Shown here piece after piece: positions 8,809-16,729 of a stretch of DNA of 32,000 bases. A program made the translations under genes and the position numbers. The stretch lies in NCBI GenBank assembly GCA_001552015.1, contig CP010514.1:510001-542000 (forward strand). The letters run 5' to 3'. This stretch comes from Candidatus Nanopusillus acidilobi. GTDB lineage: Archaea; Nanobdellota; Nanobdellia; Nanobdellales; Nanobdellaceae. Numbering within the stretch: position 1 is the stretch's first letter; each line of letters begins with the position of its first letter. A model generated the notes under the pieces. That model made no database searches. It worked only from the letters and a program-made list of their open reading frames with translations, and had not been told where the DNA came from.

Positions 8809-9174
8809 ATGCTACTAGACATTGGTAGAGTATGTATAAAATTAAAGGGAAGAGAAGCTGGAAGATACTGCGTAGTAATCGATGTAATTGATAATAATTT
8901 TGTATTGGTAGATGGAGATATAAAAAGAAGAAGAATAAACATAAAACATTTAGAACCTACAGATAAGGTATTAAATATAAATAAAGGAATAAAAACTGAA
9001 GATTTAATAAAGGAAATGCTAAAAAATAAAATACCAGTATCATATTGGAAATTAAAAAGAGAAAATTTATTGACAAGTGAAATAATAGAATTATATAAAC
9101 AAAACTTTGGAGAAAAATGGGAAGAAATTGCAAAATCTGTTGGATCTCCAAGCAAAGGAAAATTGATAATATAA
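8809..9174 (+). CDS. rpl14e: 50S ribosomal protein L14e (eL14), KOW domain, with C-terminal extension
   Basis: 121 aa. IGRVCIKLKGREAGRYCVVIDVIDNNFVLVDG is the eL14 KOW motif. The start lies 2 nt after the rpl34e stop. Confidence 0.85.
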   Translation: MLLDIGRVCIKLKGREAGRYCVVIDVIDNNFVLVDGDIKRRRINIKHLEPTDKVLNINKGIKTEDLIKEMLKNKIPVSYWKLKRENLLTSEIIELYKQNFGEKWEEIAKSVGSPSKGKLII

Positions 9175-9245
9175 ATTTTTTATAATCTATATAAATCATA
9201 TTTGATAAGCATTAGCTTATATTTTCCAAATTTTATATACCATGC

Positions 9246-9413
9246 ATGGAAGGTAAATTATTAGCAAGTATATTTATAATAGTTGGTACATTAATAGAAC
9301 TATACTTATTATGGAATCCATCATTTTTTAGCAATGAATATATAAAATTCGCGGCTGGAAGTTTTGTTGTTTTAGATGTACTTGCACTTCTTCAGATTTT
9401 ATTAACTATATAA
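9246..9413 (+). CDS. possible small two-helix membrane protein (55 aa)
   Basis: Manual translation: MEGKLLASIFIIVGTLIELYLLWNPSFFSNEYIKFAAGSFVVLDVLALLQILLTI. It has two hydrophobic helices and falls below the ORF-track size cut-off. No homology is recognised. Confidence 0.3.
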   Translation: MEGKLLASIFIIVGTLIELYLLWNPSFFSNEYIKFAAGSFVVLDVLALLQILLTI

Positions 9414-9435
9414 TTTTTTGAATAATTATATTTTA

Positions 9436-9507
9436 GGGCCCGTAGTCTAGTGGTAGGATTCTGGCCTCGCTAGCCAGAGGTCCCGGGTTCAAATCCCGGC
9501 GGGTCCA
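9436..9507 (+). tRNA. tRNA-Ala (anticodon CGC), no encoded CCA
   Basis: Hand-folded. Acceptor GGGCCCG/CGGGTCC with the G3:U70 alanine identity pair; anticodon stem CTGGC/GCCAG with loop CTCGCTA; T arm CCGGG-TTCAAAT-CCCGG; discriminator A. Confidence 0.9.
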
Positions 9508-9559
9508 GATAAAATTAACAATTTCCAAATATTTAAAGTACTAAGAAAAATAAAATTAT

Positions 9560-9973
9560 ATGAATATATACCAAAAAGAAATAAAAGTAGAAACAAAAGG
9601 TCCATATGATTTTATAGATATAACAGATAAGGTTAATGAATTATTAAAAGAATCTGGAATAAAAAATGGAATAATATCATTATTTTCATTACATAATACT
9701 GCATGTATAATAATACAAGAAAATGATAAAACAATATTTAAGGATATTGAAGAATTCTTTAATAGAATATTACCATTAAATATAAAATATCATCATAGTT
9801 ATGAGGGAAATATTAATGCAACGGCACATATAAAAACAAATTTATTATCTCAATCTTTATGTATACCAATAAAGGATGGAAAACTCTTGTTGGGAACATG
9901 GCAAAGGATAATATTTTTAGAATTATTTGAATCTAGAGAAAGAAGAGTATTCATAACAATAATTGGAGAATAA
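9560..9973 (+). CDS. YjbQ/UPF0047 family protein (secondary thiamine-phosphate synthase enzyme family)
   Basis: 137 aa. The motifs FIDITDKV, LHNTACIIIQEND, NATAHIKTNLL, GKLLLGTWQRIIFLE and RERRVFITI match UPF0047. Confidence 0.85.
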   Translation: MNIYQKEIKVETKGPYDFIDITDKVNELLKESGIKNGIISLFSLHNTACIIIQENDKTIFKDIEEFFNRILPLNIKYHHSYEGNINATAHIKTNLLSQSLCIPIKDGKLLLGTWQRIIFLELFESRERRVFITIIGE

Positions 9974-9981
9974 AAAAATTA

Positions 9982-10422
9982 TTAATAATGTAAAAGCATC
10001 CTTTCTCTTTTATTATTAAGAGGATTCTCTCTAAATAAAAAATAATATGATTTACTATACACGCATCTATTAATAAGTTCCGCTACACGTTCTGGTCCAA
10101 TATCAAATATTTCTTCGATATAATTATACCTAAAATACTTTTCTGCAAATTCTCTTCCTGAATTTTCATAACGTTTATAATTTATATTCATATATTTTAG
10201 CATTTTTTTAATTGAGCTTCTCTTATTTTTAAATAGCATAATTAATTCCTCTCCATAACCCAAATATTCCAATACTTCTTCAATTTTTATTTCTCCTACT
10301 TCACATACTCTAAGATTTTCACATTCTTTTATAAATCCTTTTGTAAAATAATATATAGCTGCAGGATTTATATTTTCTATATCATCTCCTATTATACTAT
10401 CTAAACTATCTGATTTTCTCAT
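9982..10422 (-). CDS. hypothetical protein
   Basis: 146-aa ORF that fills the gap between neighbouring genes. No family is recognised. Confidence 0.45.
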   Translation of the reverse strand: MRKSDSLDSIIGDDIENINPAAIYYFTKGFIKECENLRVCEVGEIKIEEVLEYLGYGEELIMLFKNKRSSIKKMLKYMNINYKRYENSGREFAEKYFRYNYIEEIFDIGPERVAELINRCVYSKSYYFLFRENPLNNKRERMLLHY

Positions 10423-10473
10423 GATTATATCTTTAAAAGAAAGACAAATAAAAATATCCTTATATTATTTTCT

Positions 10474-11178
10474 ATGACTGAAAAACTTTTCTGGCAGGAT
10501 CAATATTTAAAGGAATTTGAAGGAAAAGTTGTTGAAATTAGAGGAAAAGAAGTTATTTTGGATAGAACTGCATTTTATGCAAGAAGCGGTGGTCAACCAG
10601 GAGATACTGGAGAAATAAATGGAATAAAAGTAATAGATACGTATTATGATGATAAAGGAAATATTATACATTTATTAGAAAAAGAACCAAATTTTAAAGC
10701 TGGAGATATTGTTAAAGGAAAAATAGATTGGGAAAGAAGGTATAAATTAATGAGATTACATACAGCTTTACATATATTGTCTGCAGTATTAAATAATATG
10801 TTCGGCAATGTAAAAATTACCGGAAGCCAAATATATGAAGATAAAGCAAGAATAGATTTCGATTTAGATAAATTAGATGATGAATTAGTAAAAAAGATTG
10901 AAGAAAAAGCAAATGAAATTATTAATAAAGATTTACCTGTATATGCAAAATTTGTAAGCAAAGAAGAAGTTGAAAAAATGCCACAATTAAAAAGATTAAT
11001 GGATGAAAAAAGATATGAAAAATATGATGTTCTAAGAGTAGTTGGTATTGGAGATATTGATATACAATTAGATGGGGGAACTCATGTAAAATCTACAAAG
11101 GAAGTGGGAAGAATAAAAATTATTGGAAGAGAAAATAAAGGAAAAAATAATAAAAGGTTAATTATTACAGTTGAATAG
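10474..11178 (+). CDS. alaX: alanyl-tRNA editing protein AlaX (AlaX-M type)
   Basis: 234 aa. N-terminal barrel (LDRTAFYARSGGQPGDTG), the HxxxH motif (RLHTALHIL) and a GGTHV motif. The usual Cys before GGTH is Asp here. Confidence 0.85.
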   Translation: MTEKLFWQDQYLKEFEGKVVEIRGKEVILDRTAFYARSGGQPGDTGEINGIKVIDTYYDDKGNIIHLLEKEPNFKAGDIVKGKIDWERRYKLMRLHTALHILSAVLNNMFGNVKITGSQIYEDKARIDFDLDKLDDELVKKIEEKANEIINKDLPVYAKFVSKEEVEKMPQLKRLMDEKRYEKYDVLRVVGIGDIDIQLDGGTHVKSTKEVGRIKIIGRENKGKNNKRLIITVE

Positions 11179-11285
11179 TTTCTCTTTTCTAATCTATACT
11201 ATCTAATTCCTATATTTAACCTCTTTTTTAATTTAAATGAACTTATAAAATTAGAAGTTTTTCCAATAATTAAAAAAATTAATAA

Positions 11286-11858
11286 CTATTGTATTGGCTG
11301 TTTTATTTCATAAGGTTTCCATCCCATTTCTTTTCTAAAATTATTTATTAATTCTATTGATTTTATCTTTTCTTCTTTAAGCATATCTCTTTTTCTTAAT
11401 ACACCCATAAATAATGCATATAATCTTGCATTAACTGTTTTTGGAGATAGACCATATTTCATATCTTCCCTTAATTCTTCTAATATCTCTTTAACCTCTT
11501 CTGATCTATCTAATCCTTTATTTCCTATATCTTTAACTTTCTTCCCCAAATATAAATGACCTTTATCAACTACCAAAACTTTTCCATCACTAAATGTTAT
11601 CCTTCCTTTAAATATTCTATCATAAAATTGCCAAGATTCTAGTACATCTGGTTCCAATACTCTTAACCTATTAAATATAAATCTTCTAATTTCATCAGTA
11701 GATATTTTTCCAAATCCTTCTATCTTTATCCAATCTTCTAATTCTTTTACAATTTGCTTTGCAACTTCTTCAGATGCTCCTGCATTAATTAATGAATTAT
11801 ATACTTTATCTTCTAAAAATTCCTCTTCTTCACCAGATCTTTTTATTACTTTTACCAT
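11286..11858 (-). CDS. ATP-cone domain protein
   Basis: 190 aa. The N-terminus VKVIKRSGEEEEFLEDKVYNSLINAGASEEVAKQIVKELE is a typical ATP-cone. The C-terminal half is unassigned. Confidence 0.7.
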   Translation of the reverse strand: MVKVIKRSGEEEEFLEDKVYNSLINAGASEEVAKQIVKELEDWIKIEGFGKISTDEIRRFIFNRLRVLEPDVLESWQFYDRIFKGRITFSDGKVLVVDKGHLYLGKKVKDIGNKGLDRSEEVKEILEELREDMKYGLSPKTVNARLYALFMGVLRKRDMLKEEKIKSIELINNFRKEMGWKPYEIKQPIQ

Positions 11859-12020
11859 AAATTTTTATTCTAAATTGATATTAATAAAATATTATTTATA
11901 ACAAAATTATAATTAAAATGAATATAACATAAATGATTCGAAAATTTCAATAAATGAATTTATAGAAAAATATTTGAATATAATAATTAAATTTAAAATA
12001 TTATAAAATAAATTATTTAA

Positions 12021-13070
12021 ATGGGTTTAGCAGAGATGAGAGAGCTAATAAAACCCGTAATAAAAGAAGTTGATTTTTCATATTTATCTGGAAAAGTTGT
12101 TGCATTAGATGCATTTAATGCTTTATATCAATTTTTAGCTGCAATAAGACAACCTGATGGTACACCTTTAAAAGATTCAAAGGGAAGGATTACTTCACAT
12201 TTATCAGGTTTATTTTATAGGACAAAGAATTTGATTGAGTATGGAATAAAGGTAATTTATGTATTTGATGGAAAGCATCCAGAATTTAAGAAAAAAGAAC
12301 AAGAATTAAGAGAGGAACAGAGAAAAAAGATGGAAGAAAAATATAAAAAAGCAATTGAAATGGGTATAAAAGGAGATTTAAAAAAATATGCAGAATTTAC
12401 ATCAAAATTGGAATTTAATATGGTGGATGAATCAAAAGAATTATTGGAAGCAATGGGAATCCCATACGTACAAGCTCCTTCTGAAGGAGAAGCACAGGCT
12501 GCATATTTAGTTAAGAAAGGAATTGCAGACTATGTTGGATCACAAGATTATGATTCATTATTATTTGGAGGATTGAGGGTTGCAAGAAATTTAACAATAA
12601 GTGGAAAGAGAAAAGTAAGAGGAGTAGAAGTTGAAATATCTCCAGAACTTGTTGAATTAAATGATATATTAAATTATTTAAAACTAGATTATAAAAAGTT
12701 AATATGGTTTGCTTTAATTGTCGGAACAGATTATAATCCTGATGGAATTCCTGGAATTGGAGTAAAAACTGCATATGAACTTGTAAAAAATAATGAAGAT
12801 CCTGAAAGATTATTTAAATATGTTGGATGGGAAAAATATTATAAAGAAATTTCATGGAAAGAACTTGAAGAATTCTTTGAAGATCCACCAGTAATTGAAA
12901 TAAATAAAGAAGATATAAAATTTGGAGAAGTTGATGAGGAAAAAATAAGAAAAATATTAATTGATGAACATGATTTTTCAGAAGATAGAGTAAATAAAGC
13001 TATTGAAGAATTAAAGAATGCATATAAAAAAGGTAGTCAAAAAAATATATTATCATTTTTTGGAAAATAG
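12021..13070 (+). CDS. fen: flap endonuclease 1 (FEN-1)
   Basis: 349 aa. XPG-N (VALDAFNALYQFLAAIRQPDGTPL) and XPG-I (PYVQAPSEGEAQAAYL, GSQDYDSLLFG) motifs, an H3TH segment (GTDYNPDGIPGIGVKTA) and a C-terminal PIP-like QKNILSFF. Confidence 0.93.
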   Translation: MGLAEMRELIKPVIKEVDFSYLSGKVVALDAFNALYQFLAAIRQPDGTPLKDSKGRITSHLSGLFYRTKNLIEYGIKVIYVFDGKHPEFKKKEQELREEQRKKMEEKYKKAIEMGIKGDLKKYAEFTSKLEFNMVDESKELLEAMGIPYVQAPSEGEAQAAYLVKKGIADYVGSQDYDSLLFGGLRVARNLTISGKRKVRGVEVEISPELVELNDILNYLKLDYKKLIWFALIVGTDYNPDGIPGIGVKTAYELVKNNEDPERLFKYVGWEKYYKEISWKELEEFFEDPPVIEINKEDIKFGEVDEEKIRKILIDEHDFSEDRVNKAIEELKNAYKKGSQKNILSFFGK

Positions 13071-13113
13071 TCAGAATGGGTAAAATTCATCACCTTTCAG
13101 TATACTTTTTTCA

Positions 13114-14715
13114 TCATCCATATGCTTTACTAATATATTCTTCAAAACATCTATAAGTATTAAATATTGGACCTACTGTTCTTATTGCATTTAATGATAC
13201 ATCTATATATTTATCATAATTATTTCTAAAGATATTTAATACATAATCTAACTTATTATAGAAATCTTCTACATCTTTTTCATCTGTATTTTTATTTATA
13301 TCATAATTATTTTCTCCAAAGAACCATCCATTATAATCATCAATTATTATTTCTAAAGGCGATCCATCTCTTGAAAATAATGTAGGAGTACCATTTAATG
13401 CAGCCCTCATCCATGAAGTACCTGAAGCTTCAAATGGAGGTCTTGGAATATGTAAAAATAAATCTGTACCTGCTAAAATTGTCCTTTCTTGTTCATATCC
13501 TCTATTTAATATTAATCCAATTGGTGTATTTAATGTTGACATAATATCTAAAATCCATCTAATTGTATTTTTTACAAATTCATCCTTTGGATGGAATGAA
13601 CCTGATAATAAAAATTGTATTTTATATTTTTTATCCAATTCTTCAAATCTTTCCAATCTCCATAATAACATATGAAATCTTTTATATTCAGTTAATCTTC
13701 TTTTTACAGTAATTAATATCCTATCTTCTCTAAATTCTTTATTTGAATATGAATTTACATTTATATAATCTATTAAATCTTTTCTTACAATATTTTTTAC
13801 TTTTATAAATTCTTTCCTATTTATAGATTGAGCATATGCAAATTTTCCAGGTTCATTTCTCCATCCATTTAAATATGTATCATATAAATATTCAATCTTT
13901 TTATTTACCCATCTTAAATGATATATACCATTTGTTACATAATCTATCTTTTTATTATATACACTTTCAGTAATTATTTTATGTTTATATGATACTGCAT
14001 TTACAAATCCAGATAATTCAAATAATATTTTTGTTAATGATAGTTTATTTGGAGAGATACTTTTTATTTCTCCAGGAATATCATAATATTTTTCTACTAA
14101 ATTATAATCAAATGAATCATGACCTGCAATAATTGAATGAGTAGTAAATACAACTTTTTCTTTTACCTTATTTATATCCCTATATCTTTTATATAATTCT
14201 ATTGCTAAAAAACCACCATGTGATTCATTTAAATGATATTTATCAATTTCTATTCCATAATTTTCAAAGAATTCTAATGCACCCAATCCTAATAATAAAT
14301 CTTTTAATAATTTTTCTTCCTCATTTTCTTCATAATATAATCTTCCAGTTAATTTCCTTATAATTGGATCATTTTCTTGTAAATCTGTATCAAATAAGAA
14401 TAATTTTGAATGGGATAATGGATATTGCCATACTTTAAAATATATTCTTTTATCTTTCAAATCTATATGAAATTTATCTTCAATTTCTAAAAAATATTCT
14501 AATGGATCATAACTTTCTTCTTCATATACTATTTCTTTATTTTTTATTTCATATTTTCCATATCCATTTTTATTTACAAATGTTACACCATATATTGGAT
14601 ATTTTAAATCATTTGATGAATAAAATAAATCTCCAGCCAAAATTCCCAATCCTCCAGCATATGTTGGTAATTTATCAATTGCAAATTCTTGAGATATAAA
14701 AGCAACTTTCTTCAT
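13114..14715 (-). CDS. glgP: alpha-glucan (glycogen/maltodextrin) phosphorylase family protein, short archaeal type
   Basis: 533 aa. AFISQEFAI..LPTYAGGLGILAGDL, HLNESHGGF, FTTHSIIAGHD and PPFEASGTSWMRAALNG match the GT35 alpha-glucan phosphorylase pattern. By-eye alignment puts Arg where the PLP-binding Lys normally is. Confidence 0.78.
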   Translation of the reverse strand: MKKVAFISQEFAIDKLPTYAGGLGILAGDLFYSSNDLKYPIYGVTFVNKNGYGKYEIKNKEIVYEEESYDPLEYFLEIEDKFHIDLKDKRIYFKVWQYPLSHSKLFLFDTDLQENDPIIRKLTGRLYYEENEEEKLLKDLLLGLGALEFFENYGIEIDKYHLNESHGGFLAIELYKRYRDINKVKEKVVFTTHSIIAGHDSFDYNLVEKYYDIPGEIKSISPNKLSLTKILFELSGFVNAVSYKHKIITESVYNKKIDYVTNGIYHLRWVNKKIEYLYDTYLNGWRNEPGKFAYAQSINRKEFIKVKNIVRKDLIDYINVNSYSNKEFREDRILITVKRRLTEYKRFHMLLWRLERFEELDKKYKIQFLLSGSFHPKDEFVKNTIRWILDIMSTLNTPIGLILNRGYEQERTILAGTDLFLHIPRPPFEASGTSWMRAALNGTPTLFSRDGSPLEIIIDDYNGWFFGENNYDINKNTDEKDVEDFYNKLDYVLNIFRNNYDKYIDVSLNAIRTVGPIFNTYRCFEEYISKAYG

Positions 14716-14775
14716 ATTCTTTATAATTTTAATAGAACTTTATATTTATTTAATACTACCTTCTCATGAAGAATG

Positions 14776-16695
14776 TTATAAAATTTTCCAAATATCAAAT
14801 TTTTCTTCAAAGAATTTTTCCAAATCATTTATATTTATCCTTATTTGTTCTTTTGTATCCCTAAATCTTACTGTAACTGTATTATCTTTTAATGTTTGAT
14901 CATCTACTGTAATACAATAATATGTCCCAATTTCATCCTGTCTTTTATATCTTATACCAATTCTTCCAGAATCATCATAATATACATCAAACTTTTTTCT
15001 TAATTTATTATATATTTCTTTTGCTAATTTTACCATATTTTCATTATTTTCTAATAATGGAAATACTGCAATTTGAATTGGAGATAAATAATCTGGTAAT
15101 CTTAATATTCTTCCATCATAATTAATTAATAATAATGAAAATATATTCCTATCAACTCCAAAAGATAATTCTAATTCAACTGGAATAAATTTTGATCCAT
15201 TTGGTCTTGTTAATATAAATCTTCTATCTTTTGATAATATAAAATGATTCCATAGATCATATCCAACATATATTTCATCCCCAATAAATAAATTTTCAAC
15301 ATCTTTTCTTATTTCTTCATCAACTTTATCAATTATTTCCCTATTAAATTTCAATACTCTGAAATGAATTCCTCCAACTTCTGTCCATCCAATTTCATCT
15401 AAATATATTTCTATATCAAAATGATACATATTATAGAAAGATTTTTCATTATCAGATAACTGATAAAATCTTATCCTTTCTTTTGGAATTTTTAATATAT
15501 TTATATAAAATTCAAATACTTTATACAAGAAATATAAATAAAATTTATCTATTTTTGTTTCATTATATATTTCTTCTAAGCTTTTTTCAATATAAGGTAA
15601 TTTCTTATCCCTATCTTTTACCAATAATACATTAATATATTTATCTTTATAAAATTCAAATTCATTTTCAAATGGATTATTATAATAATCAAAGAAAATT
15701 TGTAATTCTGCCTGTGTAAATTCCCTCATTCTTAATAATACATTTCTTGGAGATATTTCATTCCTAAATGCTTTTCCAATTACATATAATCCTAAAGGTA
15801 ATCTATATCTATTAATTATTATTTCGTTTGGAAAATTTACATATGGACCTTGTGCAGTTTCAGGTCTTAAAAACATTTCATTATTCTTTAATTCAATATA
15901 ATCTTTTATTAAATTATATAATTCATTTATATTAAAATCTATTTTTATTTCTTCGTTATTATTTAATATTTCCAAATAATTTATATCTTCTTCTTTTATT
16001 TCAATATTTTCTGGATAAACATAATATTCATTATCTTTAATCTTTATTATTATTTCTTTATTTTCATCAAAAATATATTTTTCATTATTTAAATTTATTG
16101 AATACAATTTTTTATTCTTCAAATAATTTTTTATTATATAGTTTAATTCTTTTTCATTTATTTTTCTATATTTTTTTATTAATAGATCTACTAAAAAACC
16201 ATATTTTCTTTTTATTTCTTCTAAGATTAAGAATAAATCATATACAGGTCCTACATATATTGGAAACATTAAATTGAATAATTTAACATTTGATAATTTT
16301 GATCCACATTCAGGACAAACAACCCTTTCTTCATCAAATATTTTATTCATTTCTTCAATTGTTAAACTTTCTGCCCTAATATTTAATTTTTCCTCAATTA
16401 ATTTATCTGCTCTAAATCTATGTCCATTTTTACATTCAACAATCGGATCATTAAATAATTCCAAATGTCTTGATGCAATAAATGTATTTTTATGCATTAT
16501 TTCTGAAGGTTGTATTTCATATATATTATCAAATAATTTTCCAAAATATATTCTCCATAAATTTTCAAATCTTCTTTTTAATAATGTACCTAAAGATCCA
16601 TAATCATAAAATCCAGATCTACTTCCATATATACTTTGAGATTCATAGAAAAATCCTCTATTAATAAAGAATTTTATTTTTTCATTTAAGTCCAT
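14776..16695 (-). CDS. glyS: glycyl-tRNA synthetase (archaeal/eukaryotic dimeric type)
   Basis: 639 aa. It has YGSRSGFYDYGSLG, the Zn-knuckle region (VECKNGH...CPECGS), RPETAQG, SFGVDR and a C-terminal anticodon-binding domain (IAVFPL...YYDDSGRIGIRYKRQDEIGT). Confidence 0.92.
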   Translation of the reverse strand: MDLNEKIKFFINRGFFYESQSIYGSRSGFYDYGSLGTLLKRRFENLWRIYFGKLFDNIYEIQPSEIMHKNTFIASRHLELFNDPIVECKNGHRFRADKLIEEKLNIRAESLTIEEMNKIFDEERVVCPECGSKLSNVKLFNLMFPIYVGPVYDLFLILEEIKRKYGFLVDLLIKKYRKINEKELNYIIKNYLKNKKLYSINLNNEKYIFDENKEIIIKIKDNEYYVYPENIEIKEEDINYLEILNNNEEIKIDFNINELYNLIKDYIELKNNEMFLRPETAQGPYVNFPNEIIINRYRLPLGLYVIGKAFRNEISPRNVLLRMREFTQAELQIFFDYYNNPFENEFEFYKDKYINVLLVKDRDKKLPYIEKSLEEIYNETKIDKFYLYFLYKVFEFYINILKIPKERIRFYQLSDNEKSFYNMYHFDIEIYLDEIGWTEVGGIHFRVLKFNREIIDKVDEEIRKDVENLFIGDEIYVGYDLWNHFILSKDRRFILTRPNGSKFIPVELELSFGVDRNIFSLLLINYDGRILRLPDYLSPIQIAVFPLLENNENMVKLAKEIYNKLRKKFDVYYDDSGRIGIRYKRQDEIGTYYCITVDDQTLKDNTVTVRFRDTKEQIRININDLEKFFEEKFDIWKIL

Positions 16696-16729
16696 CTAAA
16701 AAATATAATTAAAAAATTTTAATATTTTT

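Noticed and set aside
11859-12020. The 162-bp AT-rich spacer between the divergent ATP-cone and fen genes, and other spacers (9175..9245, 11179..11285, 14716..14775), as possible C/D-box sRNA or other ncRNA loci.
   Set aside because: I found no convincing C box (RUGAUGA) paired with a D box (CUGA), and no G+C-rich stems such as mark the tRNAs. They are most simply promoter or terminator spacers.
15850-16200. An Asn/Ile/Lys/Glu-rich stretch in GlyRS (..YSINLNNEKYIFDENKEIIIKIKDNEYYVYPENIEIKEEDINYLEILNNNEEIKIDF..) as a possible intein or foreign insertion.
   Set aside because: There are no intein splice-junction or endonuclease motifs. Archaeal/eukaryotic GlyRS normally has a variable insertion domain between motif 1 and RPETAQG. 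The composition simply mirrors the AT-rich genome.
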